A stretch of 56,682 nucleotides of DNA, from IMG/VR virus record IMGVR_UViG_3300032086_002223, positions 1 through 56,682 of that record; one strand, 5' to 3'. Below the pieces are notes generated by a model. That model was not told the DNA's origin. It did no database searches and saw nothing but the letters and a program-made list of their open reading frames with translations. The position numbers were made by a program, and so were the translations under genes. This DNA comes from a virus (taxonomy: Duplodnaviria > Caudoviricetes). Below are positions 25,758-35,202 of the stretch, one piece after another. Each line of letters begins with the position of its first letter. Positions within the stretch are counted from its first letter, which is position 1.

Positions 25758-28061
25758 TTAAGAGTAAGTTATCCATACATCTCCAACTTGCCCAGCACCT
25801 GATGTGGGGGCAGAAGAATGTATGAAAGTGTTTCGAAATGCTCCGTCTGAAGCACCAATGGTTGTAAAACCTGTAGTACCTTTACCAGTAACTGATAATG
25901 CATCCCCGATAGTTACATCATCGGGTAGACCTATTGTTACTGTTGCATTTTCACTACCTGAACCTGAGACTGTAATCTCATTTGCAGTTCCTGATATTCC
26001 TGATACGTAATTTCCTGTTGTGTCTGTTGCTAATGCAACTGAGTTTGCTTGTATAGTTGTGCTTATGGATATACCTGCTGAACCGTCAAAGTTTGCAGTA
26101 CCAACAACATCTCCTGAAAGTGCTATTGCTCTTGTCGTTGCTAATTTAGTAGCTGTAGATGCGTTACCTGTTACATCACCAGTGACATCACCATAAAGTC
26201 TTCCTGCTTGTATGTTTGCATTAGTGAGTGTTAATGCACCAGTAGATGCACCTGTTGCCGTTGTGGTTGCAAATCTAACTCTATCTGAACTTTCATCCCA
26301 ACCTACGAAAACATTATCACCAGTAGAACCTCTTTCAAGAATAAGACCTAAGTCATTAGAGTTTGCACCCGTGTTACCTGAACCAAGTTCAATCAATGCA
26401 TCTTCGATTGTTGTATTTGTTGCACTGTTTGTTACTGTAGAACCATTGACTGTTAGGTCACCAGTGACTACTACGTCACCACTTGCATTTACGTTTGCGA
26501 ATGTTACATTACTGTTTGTTGCAACTGCCTGACCGATACTAAATGCACCACCTGAATATGATACACCAGTTCCAGCACTTAGATGAGCTCTAACTTCTGA
26601 TGCACTTGGGCCTGTATATGTGATAACACCAGTAGATGAATTGTATGCAAGTGAACCATCTCCACCTGAATCTGTTACTGATATAGCTCCTCTTGCATCT
26701 GAATCTGCATACATTGTAGGTTCTGAGTATGAGATTACACCTGATGTTGAGTTATATGCTAAATCACCACTTACTGAAATTGAACTTCTTGCATTTGCAG
26801 TTGTGAATTTAGTTACACTAAATGCACCTGTTGATGAGTTATAAGATAGGTCACCAGCTGCAGATAATAAACCTCTTACTTCTGCGTCTGTTCTTTCTGT
26901 AAATGAGAATGCACCAGTTGAACTATTATATGATAAATCACCACTTGCAGATACTAATCCTCTGATACTTGCATCTGATAAACCAGCAAGTGTAAGTGTT
27001 CCAGCTGCATCGTCATATGTTGATGTGATGTTTGTTCCACCAATTATCAATCCATTTACGATGTCTTCTATTTCTTCTTCAGTTTTTCCTGAAGAGTTGA
27101 TTGTAAGTGTTCCGTTTGCATCGTCATATGATGTTGTTATGTTAGTACCAGCAGTGACTAATGCATTTACTCTGTCGTCTACTCTTTCGTTTGTGAAAAA
27201 TAGATTTCCATTTTCTGATAAATCACCTGTGTCTAAAGTAACTGAACCACCAAGGGATACGGTGTTTGAGTTAATTGATAATGAACTGTTAGAAAGTTTT
27301 CCGTTAACAATAGAACCTGCTAACATATCATTTGTGATACCACCAGCTTTTACTTGAACTGTATCTGATGCAAGTTCTAAAGAACTGTCATCTACTTGAA
27401 CTGCAAGTGTTACTGCACCTGAAGTTCCACCACCAGTCAAACCATCTCCTGCTGTTACAGCTGTGATGTCTGCAGAGTTTGTGTTTGCAACTGTAAGTGT
27501 ATTAGCTACATCATCATATGTTAATGATACACCAGTTCCTGCTGTAAGTAATCCATTTACTCTATCGTCTACTCTTTCGTTTGTAAAATAAAGGTTTGTT
27601 GACCCTTCTGTAATCTCGTCTGTATTATCTTTACCCGCTACTTGAGAATCTACATATGCTTTAATCGATTGTTGTGTTGCAGCGTGAGTTGCAGAGTTTG
27701 AAGCCATGTTGTCTTCATCTTTGAAATCGATTGCGATGTCGTCTGCATTTACAGTGATACCTGTACCAGCACCAACATTAAGTGTTGCATCACCTGAAGT
27801 TGCAGTACCTGTTAAACCAGCACCAGCGTTAACTCCAGTGATATCACCGACATTACCTGTAATTGTTAGTTGGTTAGCTGCATCATCATATGATAATGAG
27901 ATACCTGAACCTGCTTGTAAAAGACTTGCAACTCTATCGTCCACACTTTCATTAAGTGCAGTTGCAGAAATGGAACCTACATATGTTCCGTCTGATTGGA
28001 TGACCTCTGTTCCACTAACTGATAGTCCATTCTTGACATTAAAATTCTTTTCACCTGCCAT
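25758..28061 (-). CDS. Tail fibre protein (767 aa)
   Basis: G/S/T-rich; repeats AG.GI...YDD..NTLTI, EGSTNLYFTNERV, SYNSSTG; ends AP..GDVW. Confidence 0.85.
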   Translation of the reverse strand: MAGEKNFNVKNGLSVSGTEVIQSDGTYVGSISATALNESVDDRVASLLQAGSGISLSYDDAANQLTITGNVGDITGVNAGAGLTGTATSGDATLNVGAGTGITVNADDIAIDFKDEDNMASNSATHAATQQSIKAYVDSQVAGKDNTDEITEGSTNLYFTNERVDDRVNGLLTAGTGVSLTYDDVANTLTVANTNSADITAVTAGDGLTGGGTSGAVTLAVQVDDSSLELASDTVQVKAGGITNDMLAGSIVNGKLSNSSLSINSNTVSLGGSVTLDTGDLSENGNLFFTNERVDDRVNALVTAGTNITTSYDDANGTLTINSSGKTEEEIEDIVNGLIIGGTNITSTYDDAAGTLTLAGLSDASIRGLVSASGDLSYNSSTGAFSFTERTDAEVRGLLSAAGDLSYNSSTGAFSVTKFTTANARSSISVSGDLAYNSTSGVISYSEPTMYADSDARGAISVTDSGGDGSLAYNSSTGVITYTGPSASEVRAHLSAGTGVSYSGGAFSIGQAVATNSNVTFANVNASGDVVVTGDLTVNGSTVTNSATNTTIEDALIELGSGNTGANSNDLGLILERGSTGDNVFVGWDESSDRVRFATTTATGASTGALTLTNANIQAGRLYGDVTGDVTGNASTATKLATTRAIALSGDVVGTANFDGSAGISISTTIQANSVALATDTTGNYVSGISGTANEITVSGSGSENATVTIGLPDDVTIGDALSVTGKGTTGFTTIGASDGAFRNTFIHSSAPTSGAGQVGDVWITYS

Positions 28062-28396
28062 TAGAATGTACCTCCATCAACTGTTGGTAATGATAGTTCA
28101 CCGTTTGAACTATTATAAGATAAGTTTGTTTCACCCGATGCTAAAGATATAGAACCTCTAGCTCTTGCGTCTGTGAAGTAAAGGTTTGATGACCCTTCTG
28201 ATAAATCGTCTGTGTCTTTAGATGCAAATGAAGTATTAAACTGTGACCCCGTAAAGTACAGGTTTGTTGACCCCTGTGCAAGATTATCGGTAGTCAAAGT
28301 TGACACTGCAGCTGCAACAACTTTACCACTAGAACTGATTACTTCAGAAGAACCAACGGTCAAACCATAATCGATTGTAAAGTTTGCTGTTGCCAT
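28061..28396 (-). CDS. Small fibre-type structural protein
   Basis: 111 aa; two GS.NLYFT repeats, C-terminal DGGTF. Confidence 0.8.
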   Translation of the reverse strand: MATANFTIDYGLTVGSSEVISSSGKVVAAAVSTLTTDNLAQGSTNLYFTGSQFNTSFASKDTDDLSEGSSNLYFTDARARGSISLASGETNLSYNSSNGELSLPTVDGGTF

Positions 28397-28421
28397 TAAA
28401 AATCCCCTGTTTGTATGATGG

Positions 28422-28429
28422 TATTTAGG
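28422..28429 (-). promoter_or_regulatory. Variant late promoter (CCTAAATA) inside an RBS-sequestering hairpin
   Basis: AATCCCCT-AAATACCATCATACAAAC-AGGGGATT upstream of the ATG at 28396. Confidence 0.6.
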
Positions 28430-28451
28430 GGATTAACATCCCCAAACTCAT

Positions 28452-29198
28452 CTACACTGTTAATAAATTTCTACTTATTTTAAATACTGTTGAACTCGAA
28501 GACGAAGGTGTGACTTTTAACCTGACATCACCTGAATTTGTATCTACTGATGTTGTAAATAACTCTCCATTTGTGTGTACACTTCCATACACTTCATGTG
28601 TTGCACTTGATGAATTATGTATTACCATAATTTCACATGCATGAAAATTTGTTCCTTGTGATGCCTGTACGTGATACTTTCCACTTCTATATGATAGTGA
28701 TGGGAAACTATCTAGTACTACCTCGTCTGTTGCAGTAGTAGTCAATGTATTGTTTGCATCCATCCTTAAGTTCTGTAAGTTTAGAGGCCCTACTGCAGTT
28801 AATGTACCTGTTGATTCTAAATCACCCACTTTTAGGTCTGCATATGACCATCCAGTTCCTTCGGTATTAACGGTTGTTGTCGGTTCTATTTCTAGACCAT
28901 CAAATAATTTCCATGTAGAATCTGTTGCATCTCTAAACAAACCTGAGAATTCACTTGCACCACCATCTGATAAACCGTCATTATAGTTACCATACATTCC
29001 AAAATCAATCAAATCGTCTACTGTATTTGCATTAGCAAGTTCAAACATAGATGTATCAACCGATTTAGTAACCGAATCTATGGTTGTTGTTGTTCCTAAT
29101 ACTGTCAAACCACCTGATATAGAAACATCTCCAGTAACTTCTAAGTCACCTATTATTTCTTCACCGTAGTCTGCTAAAAATTTCTTTTTTATACCCAT
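28452..29198 (-). CDS. Fibre-associated structural protein
   Basis: GDL.V.G..V.GTTTT repeats, GLFRDATD; C-terminal Y-R-S..Y..Q..H..E..H..YG..VRL.VTP domain. Confidence 0.8.
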   Translation of the reverse strand: MGIKKKFLADYGEEIIGDLEVTGDVSISGGLTVLGTTTTIDSVTKSVDTSMFELANANTVDDLIDFGMYGNYNDGLSDGGASEFSGLFRDATDSTWKLFDGLEIEPTTTVNTEGTGWSYADLKVGDLESTGTLTAVGPLNLQNLRMDANNTLTTTATDEVVLDSFPSLSYRSGKYHVQASQGTNFHACEIMVIHNSSSATHEVYGSVHTNGELFTTSVDTNSGDVRLKVTPSSSSSTVFKISRNLLTV

Positions 29199-29229
29199 TT
29201 AATATAATCCATAATTTTGAATCTAATAC

Positions 29230-29237
29230 TATTTATG
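29230..29237 (-). promoter_or_regulatory. T4 late promoter (CATAAATA)
   Basis: One mismatch from consensus, just after a terminator. Confidence 0.65.
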
Positions 29238-29251
29238 CATTTTGTAAGGGT

Positions 29252-29281
29252 AAAAAAAAGGGGAACCGAAGTTCCCCTTTT
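29252..29281 (-). terminator. Rho-independent terminator
   Basis: GGGGAAC-TTCG-GTTCCCC followed by a long T run. Confidence 0.9.
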
Positions 29282-29298
29282 CTCGTTCTATGAACTGT

Positions 29299-29709
29299 TT
29301 ACGCGTCTACTACTGTTCTGTCAAATTTAATCAATGTGCTAGCATTTGATGCTGGGGTTACACGTAATCTTACGTCACTCCCTGAAATATCTGCATCGAA
29401 TGTTGCCAAAGATGTTGACTTCAATGTACCGTACTGAGTTAAAGTAACTGTAGTACCATCATGTACTAACATAACTTCTGTAGAATGGTAATCCGTACCT
29501 TTAGACATTACTACAATATATCTTGCAGCCCTATATGTATTTTTAGCAAAGGTATCTAATGAGAATATATCTGTAGATGTTCTAGTAGATGTATTCCTCT
29601 TAGTATTTTTGGTTTCAACTGCTTTTGCTGTAACAATTTTATCATTGTCCACATCGAATTGAATCCCACGGATTAGTTCAGCTAGTTTAAATGCATTTGA
29701 TTTTGCCAT
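29299..29709 (-). CDS. Structural protein, paralogous to the C-terminal domain of both neighbours
   Basis: LDTF..YRAARY..H.TEV.LVHDG..QYG..DVRLRVTP. Confidence 0.8.
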   Translation of the reverse strand: MAKSNAFKLAELIRGIQFDVDNDKIVTAKAVETKNTKRNTSTRTSTDIFSLDTFAKNTYRAARYIVVMSKGTDYHSTEVMLVHDGTTVTLTQYGTLKSTSLATFDADISGSDVRLRVTPASNASTLIKFDRTVVDA

Positions 29710-29723
29710 GTTCTAATCCTCCC

Positions 29724-30548
29724 TTATGAATGTCTAATTTGGAACGTGTCTATTGTGGTATTAGTGTTAGCAGGAGTTACGAGTAATCTCATATTTCCTG
29801 AACTAACATCTGCACTCAATGTAAACAAAGAGTTACCTGTATGGACATCACCAAACTGTGAATAATATGCGTTAGTACCATCATTTGCAATGATAACATC
29901 ACAAGAGTGTGTTCCTGCTGAAGCATGTTGTGCTGTCACAAAGAACCTTATACTCTTAATTGATGTTGCGACCTGTTGTAAAACTTGGTCGGCTGTCGTT
30001 GCAGAGAACGATGATTCCGTTCTGTTACCTTCAACTAAGTCACTGGTATTGGAGATATTATTAATTACTAATGTATCTCCATTTACTGCGTTTTCTGTTA
30101 AAGTGATAGTGGATGAGTTAGTAGTTGTATAGTCTGTACCACCCCCAATCAACTTAACACCGTTTAAGTATACGTTTTCACCACCTGATGTATATGATAA
30201 TGAATTACCATTGTCATCATTTCCAGTAAATACTGTTTGGTTTCCTGTTACACTATATGTGAACGTGGAATACACATTACCTGCGTTAGCAAATGATAGT
30301 GTTCCACTCCCATCGGTTTTAAGTACTTGGTTTGCCGAACCATCACTGGTTGGAAAAGAGTAAGCATCATTGATTGTCAAACTTGTTGGGTTTGAACCTA
30401 ATTCGACTACAGCTGCAGAACCGTCATTTTTCTCAGTGTAAAACCTACCGTGATAGGTATTTACTGCCAGTTCCCCTAGTGATAAATCACCAGTGCTAGG
30501 AACAGCATTCTGAGTAGATGAACGTTTAAACTGTATTACTGTTGCCAT
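29724..30548 (-). CDS. Fibre-type structural protein
   Basis: N-terminal IQFKRS..P..L..GELAVN; P..DG..NQVL.TDGSG.LSF; VYLNG module; shared C-terminal domain. Confidence 0.8.
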   Translation of the reverse strand: MATVIQFKRSSTQNAVPSTGDLSLGELAVNTYHGRFYTEKNDGSAAVVELGSNPTSLTINDAYSFPTSDGSANQVLKTDGSGTLSFANAGNVYSTFTYSVTGNQTVFTGNDDNGNSLSYTSGGENVYLNGVKLIGGGTDYTTTNSSTITLTENAVNGDTLVINNISNTSDLVEGNRTESSFSATTADQVLQQVATSIKSIRFFVTAQHASAGTHSCDVIIANDGTNAYYSQFGDVHTGNSLFTLSADVSSGNMRLLVTPANTNTTIDTFQIRHS

Positions 30549-30575
30549 GCTTCCTCCAGTTGTTAACTACTACTA

Positions 30576-32177
30576 TTAAAATGTTCCACCGTCAATTGCA
30601 GTAACGGTTACGGCACCACTTGACACAGTGAAGTTAGCACTAGAGAAAGATGCAACACCCTTATTAGAGGAAGTAGCGTCTTCAACTGCTAGTGTAATTG
30701 CACCAGCACCATTAGTGATTGTCATTGCTTCACCAGCTGTCAATGTAGCTGCATCAAATACTCCACCTGAAGTGTCACCAATTAAGATTTGACCATCGGT
30801 TGGAGCTGAACCAGCATATGAATCGATTGAACCACTCAATGATAGAGCTGCACCTTCGACATTACCGAATGCAACGTTACCTAATGTACCTGAGAATACT
30901 GAACTTGTGTCTGTTGCGTCTGCAATAAACTTAAATTTAGCATCTGTATCGTCCATACCAAAGAAACCAACTTTAGCACCACTTGAGTTGTACTTAAATT
31001 TGATACCTCTGTCTAGGTTGTCGTCTGCAGAATCATCACCGATTTCAAATACTGGGTCGGCAACTGATACTGTTGATGAGTTTACAGTTGTTGTTGTACC
31101 ATTAACTGACAAGTTACCTGTTACTGTAAGGTTACCTGAAGTTGTTAATGTTGCAGTTGTGATGTCGTCTGAAATTAAGTTACCACCAACTGTTAAGTTG
31201 TTTCCGACAGTTACGTTATTAGGTAGACCAACTGTAATAGTTTGTCCACTTGCTGAAGTTTCAATTTCATTTGCAGTACCTTGTACTGTAAGTGATTGTG
31301 AATCTAAATCGACTGCACCTGTTCCACTGTCACCTGCTACGTCTAAGTCTTGTGCTGTTACGTTAGTATCAACATAATCTTTAACTGCTGCTGAAGTAGG
31401 AATAGTTGTGTCGTTGTCGTTTGAACCGATACCTTCTGATTCGATTACAACCGCTGCAGCTGCTAATTTACCAAATGTTATTTGTCCATTTGCAATGTGA
31501 GCTGTGTCGATTGAACCATCTACTAGATGTTCTGAATCAATAGAATCGTCTGCGATTTTAGCACCGTTAACTGCGTCTGCAGCTATCATGCCATTTTCAA
31601 CTACACCTGAACCGATTGTCATTGCACCATTAGATGCAAGTGTTACGTCACCTGAAACTGCTACGTTATCAAATGAGTCTGAACCGTCATGGACAAGAAT
31701 GTGTCCTGATGCTGGTGCTGAAATATCTGTATCAGATGCACCTGCGATTGATGAAGTTGTTGATACGAAAGACAATGCTCCTGAACCATCGGTTCCAAGT
31801 ACTTGTCCGTTTGAACCATCTGAAGATGGTAATGTTAATGTAAGGTTTGAAGCTACTGAATCGGGTGCTTTCAATGCAACGAAATTTGTTCCGTTGTCTG
31901 AATCTTCTCTCAACTTGATAGATGCACCTGCTGTTGCACCGTTACCAACTATGAAGTCTGAAGGTGTTGGGGTTGAACCCACCAACATATCCGTGTAGTA
32001 CTTACCACCAATTTCGTGGACGACTGCTTGGGTACCATCATGTGACTCAATGAAGAGAGTAGCATTTGCACCAGACCCTGCTCTATCCTGAACGTAGGCT
32101 AATTCACTTTCTGCTAAATCAGAAATTGCGGGATTAGCACTTCCAGTAGACCTTTTAATCTGAATTACTGTTGCCAT
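30576..32177 (-). CDS. Tail fibre protein (533 aa)
   Basis: N-terminal IQIKRS..ELAY, G/S/T/D-rich beta repeats, DRGI.F, C-terminal IDGGTF. Confidence 0.85.
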   Translation of the reverse strand: MATVIQIKRSTGSANPAISDLAESELAYVQDRAGSGANATLFIESHDGTQAVVHEIGGKYYTDMLVGSTPTPSDFIVGNGATAGASIKLREDSDNGTNFVALKAPDSVASNLTLTLPSSDGSNGQVLGTDGSGALSFVSTTSSIAGASDTDISAPASGHILVHDGSDSFDNVAVSGDVTLASNGAMTIGSGVVENGMIAADAVNGAKIADDSIDSEHLVDGSIDTAHIANGQITFGKLAAAAVVIESEGIGSNDNDTTIPTSAAVKDYVDTNVTAQDLDVAGDSGTGAVDLDSQSLTVQGTANEIETSASGQTITVGLPNNVTVGNNLTVGGNLISDDITTATLTTSGNLTVTGNLSVNGTTTTVNSSTVSVADPVFEIGDDSADDNLDRGIKFKYNSSGAKVGFFGMDDTDAKFKFIADATDTSSVFSGTLGNVAFGNVEGAALSLSGSIDSYAGSAPTDGQILIGDTSGGVFDAATLTAGEAMTITNGAGAITLAVEDATSSNKGVASFSSANFTVSSGAVTVTAIDGGTF

Positions 32178-32313
32178 TTTTTTCTCCTGAAAAAATTATT
32201 ATAGTTTTAAAATTTACGTAAATTCTAGTTAACTAGAATATGATTATCATTATATTGCAGTCCACTCACTATGTGGGTCGTGTCTCACTGTCTGACACCT
32301 TGATTTGTGTTAG

Positions 32314-32321
32314 TATTTATA
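32314..32321 (-). promoter_or_regulatory. T4 late promoter (TATAAATA)
   Basis: Exact consensus, 136 nt upstream of the next ATG. Confidence 0.85.
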
Positions 32322-32324
32322 ATA

Positions 32325-32576
32325 CTAGAATGTTCCACCATCAATAATTGTGGTAGTTTCCCATTTGTCTGTTGAGGCATTATATGAAAGTATACCTTGG
32401 TCTACTTCAGTTGCACTTACATCTGCAATATCACTAATTGAATTGATGTTACCTGTTCCTCCAGTCGTGGAGTCTCCGATTGCAACTTGTTTTGCCTTAA
32501 TGCCTGTTGATTGTAGTAGTCTTGATTTTAATGTCACGTTACTTGCGTTCCCTGATATCTTTGCTTTTATAGCCAT
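32325..32576 (-). CDS. Small fibre-type protein
   Basis: 83 aa; I.DI.DV..G.L.YN...KW repeat, C-terminal IDGGTF. Confidence 0.8.
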   Translation of the reverse strand: MAIKAKISGNASNVTLKSRLLQSTGIKAKQVAIGDSTTGGTGNINSISDIADVSATEVDQGILSYNASTDKWETTTIIDGGTF

Positions 32577-32590
32577 TTAATGAACCCTTC

Positions 32591-32923
32591 CTATCTTGTT
32601 ACGCCGGGTGTTATTATTGCTTGTCCCTCGATAACTCGGGTCTTTACACCTGAACTATCTGTTATTATTAAATCATATACATACCTACCAGCTTTTAGAC
32701 CTGTGGTTTGTGTATCTGTTAAAGTAAGTGTTACCTTACCAGTTGATGGAGTTATAGATGTACTAAACGTTTCTGCAATGGTTGTGGAACCATATGTTTT
32801 TCTTATTTGTGCAGCTGCAGAATATCCATTCAAGTCTATGATATTATCACTAGTATCAGTGACATCGATAGTAACTTCGTAATCGGTGCCTTGGTCTATA
32901 AATATGTTTGCTATGATTGCCAT
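32591..32923 (-). CDS. Ig-like virion adaptor protein
   Basis: IDQG.D, DL.GY.A.AQIRK, L.L...QT..L.AGRYVYD, RVIEG...TPGVTR. Confidence 0.8.
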   Translation of the reverse strand: MAIIANIFIDQGTDYEVTIDVTDTSDNIIDLNGYSAAAQIRKTYGSTTIAETFSTSITPSTGKVTLTLTDTQTTGLKAGRYVYDLIITDSSGVKTRVIEGQAIITPGVTR

Positions 32924-32928
32924 ATAAC

Positions 32929-32936
32929 TATTTATA
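32929..32936 (-). promoter_or_regulatory. T4 late promoter (TATAAATA)
   Basis: Exact consensus 5 nt before the ATG. Confidence 0.85.
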
Positions 32937-32941
32937 CAACT

Positions 32942-35179
32942 TTAAGTGTTCGGGTCTGTCAATTGTGAAGTTGGTACACTTTGGTGAGTCTTTTTCAATG
33001 TACCACTGTCATTTATATAGACTTCATCCATTTTTCTTAATGTACCAGCATCGTTAATCCATATCTGTTTGATTTTTGCAAGAGGCCCGATTGTTCTTGT
33101 TGATGGGAACGGTTGTCGTACTGGTCTACGTCTTGGTATCTGATTATGATAGTTATAAGTCTGTTGCACAGGTCTACGTCTAGGTACCCTATTGTGATAC
33201 GAATAAGTTTGTTGTAAATTTTTCTGTCTTGATACTCTATTGTGATATGTGTAATCTTGTTGCACACTTCTTTGTCTATCTACTCTATTGTGGTATTGAT
33301 ACGACTGTTGCACACTACGTTGTCTTGATGACCTTTGTAATACCTGAACCCTAGCTGGTTTTTGTCTAGTTTCTTGTGCATTTATTGGTACTCTAACAGG
33401 TCTTCTCTTTGACTCACTATTGTTATACTGGTATGTTTGTTGTACTGGTCTTTGTTTAGTTATAACCTGATTCACCTGAACTCTTGTTGGTCTTTGTCTT
33501 GTTACGGCTTCATTTACTTGAACTCTAGCAGGTCTTTGTCTTGACACACGTTGTAATACCTGAACCCTAGCTGGTTTTTGTCTTGATACTACTTCATTAA
33601 CCTGTACTCTTACTGGTCTTCTTCTATCTTCATCTACGTTTCTCTGAGTTCTTACAGGTCTACGTCTTGGTACCTGATTATGATACGAATAAGTTTGTTG
33701 AGTAGTCACCTGTTTTTCATTTAGAGTTCCACTTGGGAATGCCGGTGTTGGTGTTGATGATGCAGCCAAAGTAACACCTGAGACAAATGTCTCTTGTCTT
33801 GCATATCCTCTAGGTCTTATCCTTACAAAATAACCATCATTATCTCTCAATCGAAGAGGCACCTGGCCACCTGGCGTTGGTGCCGCTTGAACCTGTGATG
33901 TAAAGTCTCCTACATTTTCCCATGCAAGTTTAATTTGTTGACCACTATTAAGTTTAATAGCATACTGAGAAGCATTTGGATGTTGTGAAAGAAACTCAAC
34001 TCCCTGAGTACCTTGTCCTTGAGGGTGTCCTTGTCTTTGTGGATTAGGTACACTTTGGTTTTGAGGTGCTGGTGAAGCTGGACTAAAGTCAGCTGCAAAG
34101 ATTGTATTTTCTCCAACATACCTTAATCTAGAATTCCATTGTCTTTGTACTTGACCGCTGGGGAATTGAACACCTGAGTAATTCCAAGTATTAGCAACAG
34201 CAGGTGCTACAGTATTTTGCATCCCAGTTCCAGTATAGTAAGGAGCTGCTGTTTGTGTGAATGAAGCAGTTGGCCCCCTGAAGAACATTGCACCCCTGAA
34301 CGAATCACCTTCATGAAAATTTCCTGACCTTGTACCTGTTGGTGTAGGAAAAGGATATTGTTGAGGTATACCATTTATTTGTTGTTGCATTGGAAAACCC
34401 ATAAACTCGAAAGAAGGTATGGTGCCTGTTACTTGACCATATGGTGTCTCCATCTTAATAGCCGCAGCATCACCCCCACCACCATATACACGCATATAAT
34501 GAATGTAATTTGAGTGTGCTTGTGACTGAACGGGTCTCTGTCTATTCTCAGTATTGTTATACTGGTACGACTGTTGAGTATTCTCTTGTGTTCTATTATG
34601 ATACACATACACCTGTTGAGTATTCTGTTGAACACGATTGTGATAAGTGTAATCTTGTTGAGTAGATGTCTGTACTCTGTTATGATACTGGTATGTTTGT
34701 TGAGTATTCTGTTGAACACGATTATGATAAGTGTAATCTTGTTGAACACTCGTTGGAACACGATTGTGATACTGATAATCTTGTTGTACAGGTCTCTGTC
34801 TAGCTACTCTATTATGATAAGTGTATGTTTGTTGAGTATTTTGTTGTACTCTATTATGGTAAGTATATGGTTGTTGAGTATTTTGTTGTACCCTGTTATG
34901 ATACTGATATGATTGTCTAGCAGGTCTCTGTCTTGTTACAACATTATTGTACTGATAGGTTTGTCTAGTAGGTCTCTGTCTTGTTACAGCATTATTGTAC
35001 TGATAGGTTTGTCTAGTAGGTCTCTGTCTAGATTCTACGTTGTTATACTGATAACTTTGTTGAACAGGTCTTTGTTTGTTTTCTTGATTGTTGTACTGAT
35101 ATGACTGTTGAACAGGTCTTCTATCATTGAAGGGTTGTTGAAAACTAGTCCCTGTATTGATATATGTTTCATTTGACAT
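32942..35179 (-). CDS. Second mirror-repeat protein (745 aa), paralogue of 21623-25744
   Basis: Same repeat alphabet in two arms; homologous central domain; C-terminal IWIND.G...VYIND.G motif. Confidence 0.9.
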   Translation of the reverse strand: MSNETYINTGTSFQQPFNDRRPVQQSYQYNNQENKQRPVQQSYQYNNVESRQRPTRQTYQYNNAVTRQRPTRQTYQYNNVVTRQRPARQSYQYHNRVQQNTQQPYTYHNRVQQNTQQTYTYHNRVARQRPVQQDYQYHNRVPTSVQQDYTYHNRVQQNTQQTYQYHNRVQTSTQQDYTYHNRVQQNTQQVYVYHNRTQENTQQSYQYNNTENRQRPVQSQAHSNYIHYMRVYGGGGDAAAIKMETPYGQVTGTIPSFEFMGFPMQQQINGIPQQYPFPTPTGTRSGNFHEGDSFRGAMFFRGPTASFTQTAAPYYTGTGMQNTVAPAVANTWNYSGVQFPSGQVQRQWNSRLRYVGENTIFAADFSPASPAPQNQSVPNPQRQGHPQGQGTQGVEFLSQHPNASQYAIKLNSGQQIKLAWENVGDFTSQVQAAPTPGGQVPLRLRDNDGYFVRIRPRGYARQETFVSGVTLAASSTPTPAFPSGTLNEKQVTTQQTYSYHNQVPRRRPVRTQRNVDEDRRRPVRVQVNEVVSRQKPARVQVLQRVSRQRPARVQVNEAVTRQRPTRVQVNQVITKQRPVQQTYQYNNSESKRRPVRVPINAQETRQKPARVQVLQRSSRQRSVQQSYQYHNRVDRQRSVQQDYTYHNRVSRQKNLQQTYSYHNRVPRRRPVQQTYNYHNQIPRRRPVRQPFPSTRTIGPLAKIKQIWINDAGTLRKMDEVYINDSGTLKKTHQSVPTSQLTDPNT
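33107..33712 (-). repeat. C-terminal repeat arm of the 745-aa protein
   Basis: 5 RxRP-only, 1 long, 2 RxRP-only, 4 long units plus end units. Confidence 0.9.
34529..35128 (-). repeat. N-terminal repeat arm of the 745-aa protein
   Basis: 5 long, 2 YxY-only, 1 long, 5 YxY-only units plus a partial unit. Confidence 0.9.
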
Positions 35180-35202
35180 TTAATTTTCACCTCTTAGTCC
35201 CA

